The notes beneath the pieces are model-generated. The model did not search any database. It saw only the letters and a list, made by a program, of their open reading frames with translations, and was not told the DNA's origin. This document shows positions 37,347-49,426 of a DNA stretch of 64,000 nt, one piece after another. Made by a program: the position numbers and the translations under genes. Origin of the DNA: Sphyrna mokarran (taxonomy: Eukaryota); assembly GCA_024679065.1 (NCBI GenBank), contig JAGIQG010000003.1:100068001-100132000 (forward strand), given 5' to 3'. How positions within the stretch are numbered: the first letter of the stretch is position 1; every line of letters starts with the position of its first letter.

Positions 37347-37634
37347 ATGTCAGACTGCAGCCCCCAGCCCGATGATACAGAACACAACAGCGGGGACGAG
37401 GACGAAATCCTCGCCACCCTGTCTCCCGAAGAGTTAAAACAATTGCAAAACGAGATGGACGATCTGGAGCCTGACCCACTTGTGCCCTTAGGGCAGAGGC
37501 AAAAAGATCACACAGATAGAGCACCCACGGGCTCCTTCGATCATAGGTCCCTGATTGACTATTTGTACTGGGAGAAAGAATCCAGCCGCCTCTTGGAGGA
37601 AGAAAGGGTCCCGGCCACTCTGCTCGATAGTGAG
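37347..37634 (+). CDS. LMOD3: Leiomodin-3, coding exon 1 (96 codons; N-terminal tropomyosin-binding region)
   Basis: ATG in good Kozak context (gcaccATG). Translation MSDCSPQ...[27 protein letters not shown]...[41 protein letters not shown] is the Tmod/Lmod N-terminus. Donor GAG|gtgagt at 37634/37635, phase 0. Confidence 0.97.
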
Positions 37635-37774
37635 GTGAGTTTTGTACGGGCTGGCGATCTGGCACATGCAGGGAAATGTAACCCATTCCCAGTCCTCCCT
37701 GGGGACAAGGCAGCAGAGAATGAATCTGGCTCAGTGAACGCCATAGGGGAAATGGCAAGGCACTAGAAGCAGGT

Positions 37775-38232
37775 CAATAAAGGTTTACTAGACTCATCCC
37801 AGAAATGGGGGCCAAGTTAGGTTTGTATCCACTAGAGTTCAGAAGCGTAATTGGCAACTTGATGGAAATCTTTAAAATCCTGAGGGGTGATGACAGGATG
37901 AATATGGAGAGATTGTTTCCTTTTGCCGGAGAATTTAAAGTTAGAAGTCGCTGTTTAAACAAAAGTTCACTTGTTCAAGACATAAATGAGAAGAAATCGT
38001 TTCTCTCGAAGTGGGGTGAGTCTCTGGAACTCTCTTCCTCAAAAGGCACTGGAAGCAGAGTCTTTGAATATTTTTAAGGCAAAGTTAGATAATCTTTCTG
38101 TGTTAATCAAGAAGCTTATGAAAGGGGTAGGCAGGAATGTGGGGTTGAGCTTACAAATAGATGAGCCATGATGATATTGAAAAGGGTCAAGAGGCCGAGT
38201 GATTTACTCCTAATTTGTACGTTCATATGTTT
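37775..38232 (+). mobile_element. CR1 3' fragment in LMOD3 intron 1
   Basis: KLGLYPLEFR..GNLMEIFKILRG and GVSLWNSLPQKALEAESLNIFKAKLD. Confidence 0.82.
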
Positions 38233-38699
38233 GCAATATGATATTATTTCCATTATACAATATTCACTCTGAGATATTATGACTGTCACATAAATGGACC
38301 ATTTTCCTTTTACTTCTATTTGATGGAATTTTAGAATGTGCTCCGTTCTGTCGTCCTGTGAAATCTAACCCTGTATCTGTGAGGTATACAGTTAGATACA
38401 GAGCAGAAAATCAGCATGTTCATCTTAGTTGTGTGCGTTAGCTGGTTATACCGTGGTATGTTATTAATTCATTGCCTCGTTAGCTCCCAAATGAGTTTAC
38501 ATTGTGCCCTGTGACATGCAACAATGGAAATCTTAGTCAAGCGCTTAGAAAGATTTCTGAATGAACCAATTTGAATTTCTATGAGAGATTTGTCTTCAGT
38601 AGTCAGCAACTTTTATACCGAAGCTTCATTAGAATTAAGAAACTCTATTACTAAATGCAAAATAACGCCCACAAAACTGAAAATCTGTTTTCTCCACAG

Positions 38700-40142
38700 C
38701 AAAGTTTGGCAAGAAAAACTGAAGAAGAATCACAAGTTGAAAAGGAGTGCGAGGAAGAAAAAAATAAAAGTGAAACAAGAAACAGAGAGAAGAAAGAAGA
38801 AGGAAGTGGCAAACACCTGAACAGAAATGGTCAGTGGATTCAAGAAGTGGAAGATGACAAACCAGAGAGTGAAGAGATCAAATACAAATCAGAGAAAGAG
38901 AAAGAAACTATAGAGGTGATGAAGTCACAGCAAAACAAAGATGTGCCAGTTACTGAACCTGAACCAGAAGCTGCAGGCAGTAACCAGCCAGAGAGAACAG
39001 CAGAGAACAGCCCAGATCAACACATCAAACAGTGGAAGATTGAAGACACCTTTCCCTCATGCAACAAGAAAAAGCCAGGTCCCTCTACTGAAGAGCAGCA
39101 TGAAGACAAGGAAAGCAAGAAAAGCAGCGAACAAGAAATTTCTACACCTCCGAAAGAAAGCCAGGAAATTACAGAGGTGAAAACAGACAATGGAAAGGTA
39201 GGAAAGAAGCTAGGATTGGATAGCAGTTTCCTCAAACTGACTGCAAGACCTTCAGGAAACCCAACACTTTTAGATGAGACACTGGCGGATATTCGCAAAA
39301 ACAAATCTGACCTTACAGAGGTCAACCTGAACAATGTGGAAAACATCCCTAAAGATATGCTGAAAAGCTTTGTGGAAGCTTTGAAGAAGAATAAGCACAT
39401 CACCACATTCAGCATCACTAACACGGGTGCTGATGACGAAATTGCTTTTGCCATAGCCAACATGCTGAGAGAGAACAAGAAAATTGTAACTCTCAATATC
39501 GAGTCCAACTTCATCACAGGCAAGGGCATTGTGGCTATCATGAGGTGCCTGCAGTTCAATGAGATTCTCACTGAGTTGAGGTTTCACAACCAGAGGCATA
39601 TGTTGGGTCACCATGCCGAGATGGAGATCGCCAGACTCCTCAAAGCCAACACCACCCTTCTGAAGTTGGGTTACCACTTTGAGCTACCAGGCCCCAGGAT
39701 GGTAGTCACCAACTTACTGACTCGCAATCTCGATCAGCAGAGACAAAGGAGGTTGGAGCAGCAGAGAAACCAGTTTATGCAAGAACAAGAAACGATGCTG
39801 AATGTCTGTCAGAAAATCTCCCCTGACCAGCTGGAGCTGTTGAGTGGATATGTGCCCAATCTCTCCACCTACCATAAAGATCCTCGTCTCCCACCAAACA
39901 CCTTACACAATCGTCCAAAAAGCAACATTCAACGAATACAACTCAGAAAAGCTCCCAAAAAACAGAGTAAAAATAAAGCTGGACAAGAGGGAACAGATGG
40001 GAATGACAAGCCAAACCTCAAGGCAATGATAAGGTCACTAAAGCCAGTTCCCAGAGCTCGACAAGCACCTTTAGTTGAAAGTACTCCTCGAGACCAGTTG
40101 TTAAATGATATTCGTCAGAGCAACGTGGCTTATTTAAAACCT
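38700..40142 (+). CDS. LMOD3: Leiomodin-3, coding exon 2 (481 codons; acidic linker, LRR actin-binding domain, basic region, most of WH2)
   Basis: Acceptor tgttttctccacag|C at 38699/38700. LRR segment RPSGNPT...[12 protein letters not shown]...[53 protein letters not shown]...[24 protein letters not shown]2 [20 protein letters not shown]. Donor CCT|gtgagt at 40142/40143, phase 0. Confidence 0.97.
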
Positions 40143-40184
40143 GTGAGTAATATTTCCATAAGCTCCCATGTGATGTTTTATACG

Positions 40185-40345
40185 ACCATAGGATCCCCAC
40201 AGTGCAGGAGGCCATTTGGTCCACTGAGTCTACACCTACTCTGCAAAACAGCATCTTACCCAGGTCCACTCCACCCCCCCCAATTTCCAGAACCTTGCAC
40301 GTTTATCATGCCTAATCGACCTAACCCACACACCTTTGGACTGCC
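40185..40345 (-). mobile_element. HE1-like SINE tail fragment just after LMOD3 exon 2
   Basis: cataggatccccacagtgcaggaggccatttggtcc...ctaacccacacacctttggactg. Confidence 0.7.
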
Positions 40346-40486
40346 CTTCTCTCCGTGCAACACTATTCAGCTGCCTTCAATCAGAATTGGCATCAATTTT
40401 CCTTGTACATCCAAGATTTTTGGTTAATATCAAATTAATTTTCATAACTTTAAAAAAAAGTCAAACATTCAACTTTAAACATTAAA

Positions 40487-40792
40487 GGGTGGCATGGCTA
40501 CACAATGGTTAGCACAGCTGCCTCTCAGTGCTAGGAACATGGATTAGATTCTGACCTTGGGAGACTGTCTATGCGGAATCTGCATGTTCTCCTTGTGTCT
40601 GCATGGGTTTCCTCTGGTGCTCCAGTTTTCTCCCATATCCAAAGATGTACGGGTTAGGTAAATTAGCCACGGTGATTGCGCTGGGTTACAGGGGCAAGGC
40701 CAAAGGGTGGACCTGGGTCGGTGTTCTTTTAGGGAGTCGGTGCAGATCCCATGGGCCAGATGATCTCTTTCTGCACTGCAGGGATTCTATGG
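40487..40792 (+). mobile_element. HE1-like V-SINE
   Basis: gggtggcatggctacacaatggttagcacagctgcc head through ctgcactgcagggattctatg tail. Confidence 0.85.
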
Positions 40793-40829
40793 TTAATTTA
40801 TTTCATTTAACAATCCAGGAAATTTTGAA

Positions 40830-40935
40830 TCAAAATCCTACAGAAACTGGAAATCTGAAACAAAAACACTGATACTGGAAAAATTCAGCATATCAGACAG
40901 CTTTGTAAAAAAGAAAAATACTAATGTTTTAGCAT
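40830..40935 (-). mobile_element. Penelope-type terminal repeat remnant; a second remnant lies at ~46020-46110 on +
   Basis: ctggaaatctgaaacaaaaac...ctggaaaaattcagca...cagctttgt resembles the reverse complement of gaaatgttagctgtttctctctcca...ctgctg at 46041. Confidence 0.45.
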
Positions 40936-41339
40936 TTTGTTAGAACTGAAGGTATTGTGGATAATTACTGAGATGTGTCTTTATATTTCAGGATTTTTTG
41001 AACATTCCTTTTTCCAATCCAACTCTCATCCCTCACCTCTTCAAAAAATCTAATAATGCATTTATCTATTTGGTGCATCATGCGAACTTCATTAGGCACT
41101 GCTTTACAGTCATTTCCATATATCTATTATTCTTTACTTTAATTCATACTCCAGTATTCATTATTTTGAATCTAAAAATGTAGCTTCATATGTCCAATCC
41201 AATTTTCTTTGTTATTGGGAAAATTCTTCAAATGCATTTCTAACTTCACTTTGGTTATGCTTTCTATTTCATAGTGTAAGTACTGTGTTCAATGTTATTG
41301 AATGTCTTCAGATCTGCATAAATTGAAGATGCATGAATT

Positions 41340-41482
41340 AAAGTAAAAGTTTATTTATTAATCACAAATAAGGCTTACATTAACACTTCAATGAAGTTAC
41401 TGTAAAATTCCCCTACCTGCTACACTCTGGAGCTGTTCGGGTCAATGTATCTAACTAGCATGTTTTTCAGACTGGGAGAAAA
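41340..41482 (-). mobile_element. Type B SINE tail fragment
   Basis: aagtttatttattaatcacaaataaggcttacattaacacttcaatgaagttactgtaaaat. Confidence 0.75.
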
Positions 41483-42291
41483 CCATGATCAGCACTGCTT
41501 CACTCACCTCTGAATTAATACAGATGTGAGAGATCAAAAAATTACAAACTGCTGTTGAAGTAGACTTGTTCGTGACTGCTGATGACTTTATCACAGTGTA
41601 AAAATATCAGTGATACTAACGGAGGTAACTTGTACCCTTAAACTTGCATCACCAGCAAATTCTAATCAATTCTTGCCCAATGCTATAATATTTCATACAT
41701 GTTAACATGAACTCTCCCTTCAAAAATTTTGACTCATCCAAAAAAATACCAAACCAGAATGAAGTTGATCGGTAAGCAAAATGTTAAGAGTGAAAATTTC
41801 TCAGACTATTTGCCACCTATTCCCTGATATATGCCCTTATTGTAAAGTTATTGTACACAGTCTGTCATTGTCAGTCTTTTTATTCCAATAGATGGAAAAT
41901 CAAATGCATTGAGGCTGCAGTTTTTCAATTGTTGTGCGTGAGACCCTGTCAGCACCTTGAAAAATCAAATTAAATTTCAGAAAGCGTTCCTAACACATAC
42001 TAAATCATTGTCCATATTTGATCGAAGAACTCACCAAAAGGCAGACACATTGAGTACGTGGACTTAATTTGTTGATTTTAATAAATAGTAATGAACAGAT
42101 GTTAAACATAAAAGGTATTCTACTTAATTGTCACCTTATTCTAGATATAAAGGAGATCTCGATATATTTGTCAGAAACTCTTAGTTGCTCCATTAATTTA
42201 TTTATATCTTTTATAATATTTTGGCAGAGCTATATGGAAAGCTCATCAAGGTCACATGTAGCATTCTTTTAGCAATACCTTTTTAAAAATT

Positions 42292-42880
42292 TAAGTTTAT
42301 TTATTAATGTCACAAGTAGGCTTACATTAACACTGCAACGACGTTACTGTGAAAATCCCCTAGTCACCACACTCTGACGCCTGTTCAGGGACAGTGAGGG
42401 AGAACTTAGCATGGCCAATGCACTGAATAGCACGTCTTTTGGACTGTGGAAGAAAACTGGAACACTGGATGAAACCCATGCAGTCACATGGAGAATGTTC
42501 AAACACCACACAATGACCCAAACCAGGAATCAAACTGGAACAGGGAGATTGGACATCTAGAATCATAGAATCCCTTTAGTGCATAAAGTGGCCATTTGGC
42601 CCATTGAGTCTGCAGCAACAACAATCCCACCAGGCCCCAAATGACCCCATGCATTTACTCTGCTAAGCCACCTGCCACCTAAAGGGCAATTTAGCATGGC
42701 CAATGAACCTAACCCATGTACTTTTGGATTGAGAGAGGAAATCAGAGCACCTGGAGGAAACCCATACAGACACCGAGAGAATGTGCAAACTCCACAATGA
42801 CAGTGACATAGGCCAGAATTGAACCTGGGTCCCTGGCACTGTGAAGCAGCAATGCTAATCACTATGCCCAGTACCACCTA
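42292..42880 (-). mobile_element. Two adjacent V-SINEs: type B tail (42292-42545) and CR1-type tail (42558-42880)
   Basis: Two V-cores in tandem; first begins aagtttatttattaatgtcacaagtaggc, second begins tagaatcatagaatccc. Confidence 0.85.
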
Positions 42881-43564
42881 CTATCTATTCCCATTCATGA
42901 TGTTTCTGAAGTAAGACCTCATAGGAAAGTTCCACAAAAAATATACATTCTTAACTTAGTTGACAGTTTTAAATATAATTAATTAAGAAAATGAAAAAAA
43001 AAGTTAAAAAATCCTTTACAATATTGAGGATGAGATGAGAGTTCAGCAGTATGTAGCTCATCTCAATTTGAGAATTTTGTCTTTCATTAACAACAAAAAT
43101 TGGGTTATAATTACCTGAAATTTAAAAAATCTCTTTCTGGTAGTTACTTTCCTTTTTTGAGGAAATTAATTAATGCTCAGGTAAGCATCGATGGACCTAA
43201 TAGTTTATCACCCTTCTTTAGAAAAATTGAACTAAGTTCTCACATACGCTTGTAAATCTGCAATACCTAACAGGAGTGAGCTTTCTAATCTCTGGACAGT
43301 AAATGCCAGCATCTGAACTCACTTCAAGTTCTACACAACTTAATTTTCAATGGGAAATACTGAATTGTGATTGGAGCAGATATCATAAACACAAGACAGC
43401 TGTGGTCAATTGTCATGTCTGTACTCTTCTCCATGGTGAGATAAGCTAGCCAAACACAGACTGAAACTTTCATAGTCTGGAAGATCAATAGCACTGTAAA
43501 CCAGGCAATTATGTAATAAGCTACTAGCAATGTAAATCCAAATCTCTAAATTATAAGACTGACT

Positions 43565-44415
43565 ACATAGAATCAAAAAACAATGCAGCACAGCAAGAGG
43601 CCATTTAGTACCAGCTTTCTCGAAGGGCAATCCAGTTAGCCCAATTTCCTCATCCACCTACAATTTGTTTCCTTCAAGTATTTATCAAAATAGCTTTTGT
43701 AAGTCACCATTGAATCTACTTCCAACACCCTATCAAGTAATCTATTCTGAATCCTAACTAGTCATTATATGAAAAGATTTTCTTCATGTTGGATCTGGTT
43801 CCTTTTGTCAATCAGCTTATCTCTGTTCTCTCTGATGGTTGGCCTTTCAACCATTGGAAGCAGTTCCTCTATCTAAACACTCCACTATTTTTTACAGCTC
43901 TAGCAACTCTCTTCTTAGCCTTTCCTTGTTCTAAGAAAACTATTCCCAACATCTTCAGTCTATCTGCTGTTCTTCATATTGGAAGTATCTGAATAAATCT
44001 CTGTTGTATCTTCTTCATCTCTCTCAAAGTGTGGTGCCCAAAGTTGGACACAATATTCCAGCTGGGACTGAACTAGTGTTTTATGAAGTGCAGCATAACT
44101 TGCTTCTTTTGCAAAGACTACTGTTATTTATAAAGTATTGATTCCATGTGCTTTATTAACTGATTTCTTAACCATTTTCAAAGGTTTGTCCACAAGCATC
44201 CCCAAGATTCTCACATTCTGCACCCCCTTTAAAATTGTACTATTTAGTATTGGCTCTCCTTATTTTTCTCAGCAAAATGTAACATATCACATTTTTCTGC
44301 ATTGAATTTCAGCAGCTTATTCCACCAGCCTGGCTATAACATGTTTCTATCATCCTCGCAGTTTACTGCACTTCCACGTTTCGTTTCATCCGCAAATTTC
44401 AAAATGAAGCCTGTA
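43565..44415 (-). mobile_element. Old CR1 3' portion
   Basis: catagaatc tail; tttcatccgcaaa (FADET on minus); gtggtgcccaaagttggacacaatattcca. Confidence 0.78.
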
Positions 44416-44445
44416 GGGGACATGCTAACAGGACACTTATAGAAC

Positions 44446-45128
44446 CTGGTTTTATAAAAGGGATGGCATTATGAAAGGGCCTCTTTTCCCCGCTTTCCAG
44501 CGTCGGATTTGAGGGGAGTAACCCAGAGATGTAAATGGGGCATCCCTCTCAGAAGTTCCCAAGTAAGGAACTAGGTGGCAATTATCCAGAAGTACTAATT
44601 TCCTCTGAACAATTACAACGTGCTGGTAACCATCCACAAACCAGCGTTATGCTAATAGTTACTCTCAGCGTTAAGTGTTTTGAACACCGAGACAAGCTGC
44701 GCATTGGACATCCTCCACAATCCAGACCCCCAATTTATCAATCCCAGAGTATTCCCAACGCCCCTCCAAAACCTCTGATCAGAACCCACTCCCAACTTGC
44801 CGACCAAATAGGACCCAGAGTTGGATAGCAGACTCAGACACATAATGCCGCCCTAACCTCCTCTCAGTGAATCTGACCAGCCAAATTCCATCCACTAACC
44901 TGGACACTTACCTCCGTCCTGGTCCGTCTACCTGTTTTCCAGCAGCCAGTACAATAAATCGAAGGGGCCATGGCCTCCTTTAATTTGCTGTTGCATTCTG
45001 ATCTTCGGGGACTCTTCACTGCAAGTGCCAACAGCTCCGACCAGCGGAAGTTTGAAGAAAGTTTCTGAAAGCTTGCAAGTGCGCGTTAAACTTCTGTAAT
45101 TCCAGCGAGCCATCCTTTTACGCTGCAG
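44446..45128. mobile_element. Possible TIR-bounded non-autonomous element
   Basis: TAAAAGGGATGGC (44455-44467) and GCCATCCTTTTA (45109-45120) are inverted; the interior is more GC/CpG-rich than the flanks. Confidence 0.4.
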
Positions 45129-46119
45129 TTATGGCTTTGCATGCAAGAGATGCAACCTTTTCACCTCCTCTCTCTCCTCACTGCCCTTACACTTCCTCTA
45201 GGCTTACCAACAATACAGGCGTATTTCTTTCAACTTAATGTACCATCTCATTGCTCACAATTGTGCTGTAAATTAGGTTCATCAAATGCAGACTGGGTGA
45301 CCACTTTGAGGAACAGCTCAGTTCAGCCCACAAACATGACTCGGAACCCATCCTTGACCTCACGCCGATCTCTCAATCCCTGGCTACCTGCAATGTCTCA
45401 ATGAACCTCAATGTGAAACTCATTTATTTGTCAGATATTTTACAGACTTCTGAACCTCGCATTGAGATTAATATTTCAAACTGCAACCTCTGCCCCCGTT
45501 TTTTTCCCTTTGTATCTTGCAGATTTTGCCTTTTCTCTTGTTTTGGCACTTCAAACAATTTGCAGAAGTTAAAAAAAACTGCTTCTTTTCCCAAGTAGTG
45601 ACGCGTGTGGAGATATATTATTGGCACTAATGAACTGAATTAAATACTTTTTTACAGTGTTAATAAAAGTCTTACTTGTGACGAATAAATAAACTTTTAC
45701 TTTTTTTTGCAGCCTGTCCTAATAGCCTTTGAACTGAATAACCAAATGCTATATTTTTGAAAATATATTTCAGTAAAATTTACAACCCTGAAAGAACCTA
45801 ATTCGGAATTTTAGCAAGTATGAATCCAGAGAGTAGAATTTCACTGTGATTGCAAAAAAAAGTGGTATCACAATCTACTTTCATGATGATAGTGAAATGC
45901 TTCTTACATGTCTTCAATAATATAAAATACTGTTGATTCCATAGATTGCATCAGTATGTGTGGAAAATGCTCCCTCTACTGTTGCAGCATCAATAAATGA
46001 TATCCAATTTTTTGGTTCTCAAACAGGGTGTCACCGTTCTGAAATGTTAGCTGTTTCTCTCTCCATGGGGTCCGCTTGATCTGCTGCATTGCCATAATTT
46101 TGTATCTTTTATGAAAGGA

Positions 46120-47240
46120 AAATGGTTTTCACATCTATTGAAGCTTTTCAATAGCATGCCAGTAGATGTAGCATACATGAATTTTCTAAAATCATTCAAT
46201 AATCCACAACACCCGACATTGTTACATTAGATGAGAATTCATAGGATTGGGAGGACAATATTAGCATGGGTCAGGGATTTGTTAATAGATAGAAGAGAAG
46301 AACAAATCGGTCATTTTTAGGTTGGTAGCTGTAACTAATGAAGTGCCACAAGGATCAGTTATTTAGAAGCTTTATCAATTATTTAGATGAGGGCACTGAG
46401 TGTAATATATCCAAGTTGGTTGGAAAAAATTGAGGTAGATAAGCAAGCTGTGAGGATACAAAGAGGCCGAAAAGGATTAGACAAGAACTGGCAGATGGAA
46501 TATACTATGGGGAAATTTGAAATTACCCAGTTTGAAAAAAAAATATGAGAAATTAGAATCATACAATGCAGGAGGCCAGTCAGCCGATTGAGTCTGCACC
46601 AACCACAATCCCACCAGACCCTATCCCCGCAACCCCATGCATTTACTCTAGCTAGTCCCCCTGACATTAAGTGGCAATTTAGCATAGCCAATCCACCTAA
46701 CTTGCACATCTTTGGACTGTTGGAGGAAAACAGGGCATTCAGAGGAAACTCACTCAGACATAGGGAGAATGTGCAAACTTCACATAGCGACCCAAACTGG
46801 GAATTGAACCCAGGTTCCTGGCGCTATGAGGAAGCTGTACTAACCACCATGCCACCCTATCCATCTTGATGAGTTGGTATTCTCAGGAATTTGGCTATTT
46901 ATGCACACAGTCACAGAAAGGTAGTATGCAGATACTGCACATAATTAGATAGGCTAACAAAACTTTTGCCTTTCTGACAAGTGGACTAGACTGTAAGAGT
47001 AAGAAAATCTTGCTGCAATAATATGGGACTAATTCCACATCTTTAGTATTGTTACAAATTTGGTCTTCTTATTGAAGGGAGGATATATAAAATTAATTTG
47101 TGCTTTGACTGAGGTAGTGCCAAGGTACTGTTTCCCCCAGACTGAAGAGTACAGTCTTGAGCCCAACATGCTCTCACATTTAGGACTGAGATAATAAACA
47201 TCAGAAAGTTGTGAAGTTTAGGAACTCTATGCCAAAGGGC
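46120..47240 (+). mobile_element. Old CR1 RT fragment with nested SINE
   Basis: gtagatgtagcatacatgaattttctaaa (VDVAYMNF), gtgccacaaggatcagt (VPQGS), tggcagatggaatat (WQMEY). Confidence 0.7.
46554..46858 (-). mobile_element. HE1-like V-SINE nested in CR1
   Basis: tagaatcatacaatgcaggaggcc ... gggaattgaacccaggttcctggcgct...ctaaccaccatgccaccc. Confidence 0.87.
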
Positions 47241-48259
47241 AGTGCATGCTCAGCTGGTGATGATTTTTGTTCTCAATGTGTCTATGCTGATTCTCCTTTA
47301 TTAGACAATACTTGACTAATTGACTTAATTTTATTCCAAATTGTTTGTAAAAACTTTCCCACTGCAACTGTACATGCCAGATTTATTATTCCTGCCTTAT
47401 TTTGTCAAAGTGTGTCACATTTTCCAACTCCAGTCCTCTTAGTGCCCATATTTTAAGATTGAATTGTAGCCAGCCAGCATTTTCATTTTTTCGAACCTTA
47501 CTCGCCTCAAGCTGAATTATCAATTGCGCCCTTCCAACCTTTCTAGTTCCTCCTTACCTGCTTTTTGTTTTACCCAATTCAATTTTACCAGAGCTATTTA
47601 TTCAAAATCTTTACTACAACAATGAAGATGAATGCTGTTATTTTCTGCCACATTGTTATTGGTAATGCTTAACACATTTTAGTAGCTATTAATTCATTTA
47701 AACTTTCAAATGCAAAAATATTAAATGCAATTAAAGTTTTCAATTGATATCACTAATAAGTTAAAGGAATAAATTAATGATGATGGTGTCTAATGAAAAG
47801 TTGCATTTGTTTCCTGTGTCAATTCAACTTTAAACACAGATGTAAAAAAAAAAATGGGTGACCAGACATTACACTGGCAAATTTACTCAAACATCTGAAC
47901 CCAAAGATTTAGAGAACTGACACCAACATATCAAATCCCAACTAAAGTAACCCAAATTTTAATTAATAAATTTTTCAAAATATGTTACTCAGTATTAGGA
48001 ATTGTATGTTCCACTTCAACTCTTTATTTCTAAGAAATATTTAAAAATGATCATTGCACTATTCCATTTTGTTTCCTTCTTGCCTTCCTGACTCGTGGCT
48101 GGAATACTAAGCAGCCCCTAATCTCTCAACCGAGCAGTCACTCACTACATGCTGCTTTAGATGATGCACAGCAATAGATTGTTCAAGCCAAGTTCAGACA
48201 CTAAGAAACCAGCAGGATATGCCTTTCTTTCCTTTTCATTCTTTTGACAAATAAAATCA

Positions 48260-48465
48260 ATGCTTCCTTCTGTGACCACCACCAGTCAAAACAGATTAAC
48301 TGATCTTTCATCTAGATTGTTCTTTGTCAAATCAGTCTACACAGATTGGCTGTTGCAGTTGCTTACAGATTGCACTTCAGCCATAATTCATTGGGTGACA
48401 TACACCATTCTGGGACGTTATAAGGTCATGATCAGACAATACACACATTTCAAGGGGATATAATA
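48260..48465 (+). mobile_element. Deu-domain SINE remnant just upstream of LMOD3 exon 3
   Basis: aaaacagattaactgatc...attggctgttgcagtt...attcattgggtg...tgggacgttataaggtcatga. Confidence 0.5.
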
Positions 48466-48531
48466 TCTTTGTGCAATTTGTAATTAATTCAACCAAATGC
48501 TGAAATTTACACTTTCTTGTCTTGTTCACAG

Positions 48532-48558
48532 GTTCCACTTCCAAAGCTGTTGAGTTAG
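48532..48558 (+). CDS. LMOD3: Leiomodin-3, coding exon 3 (VPLPKLLS*)
   Basis: Polypyrimidine acceptor actttcttgtcttgttcacag| followed by GTT CCA CTT CCA AAG CTG TTG AGT TAG. Phase 0 fits exon 2, and the peptide matches the known LMOD3 end (human ...AYLKP|VQLPKELA*). Confidence 0.9.
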   Translation, partial: VPLPKLLS

Positions 48559-48802
48559 TCTTGTCCAACGTGGAGAGCCAGTCTGCCAGCTGTTTAACAA
48601 AATAATTCAGAGTTGTGCAACAATAGGGATGGAGTATCACAGTAACATGTGGACTGTTCCCTACTGTTAGCATATCTGTGTGGGAACAATTACAGAACAT
48701 TAAGGGGGTTTTTTTTTGAATTAAACAAACTATGTGCATTAAAAGTCTATTGTCTTAGAAAGTTATTTATTCACTTTGATTTGTATTTGCAATGTATTAT
48801 AA

Positions 48803-48808
48803 AATAAA
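48803..48808 (+). terminator. Probable LMOD3 polyadenylation signal (AATAAA)
   Basis: AATAAA about 245 nt after the stop codon, followed by a T-rich tract; ATTAAA variants occur slightly upstream. Confidence 0.55.
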
Positions 48809-49426
48809 ATGATTGAAACATTAGTTTCATCTTTATTTTCACTTGATTATGTTTCCCCCTTCACATTGTAAAGTTACTGATCTCACTACAAATTAGTGTC
48901 CAATTGACCAGGCACAATCCCTGTCAACGTTATACGTGAGTCTCTAACAGACCTATAATGCCCAAGTCAAAGCAGCAGTTTTGCTTCCTTGGTCCATCAG
49001 TGAAAGACAAATAAATTTCTTTCCCCAGTTAGATAGTGAGCTCTATTCTAGGCATTTATTCAAATCTGACTTTTCACTACTTCTATAAAATCATTTGAGA
49101 TGTGCAAAAATCAAGTTTCATCATTCAGCTAACTTGGATGTCATGCAAAAGCATTACTTTATTTTTTGGAGCATGGTGTCAAAATGATAAAGGGTGCTGC
49201 TATACTACAGGTACCACAATCAGATCCAAATTACAGTGTCTATTGGTATCACATTTCACCCACTGACACTGTTAATAAGCAGACAATTATATTCATTAAA
49301 AGGAGCACTTTGATCAAAAAAAAGAAATTCCATGGTTGACTGACTTTGTATGGACCCATGGCATAAGGAACTAATCTCCTGGTTACATTTTAAGTTAGAT
49401 CATTCATAATTTGATATCACTGCTAG

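Noticed and set aside
39017-39677. Long antisense ORFs (184 and 135 aa) over LMOD3 exon 2
   Set aside because: Shadow ORFs arising from codon bias of the sense gene.
38655-40427. 590-aa ORF as a complete single-exon protein
   Set aside because: The first 15 and last ~95 codons are intronic; canonical splice sites at 38700 and 40142 delimit the true LMOD3 exon.
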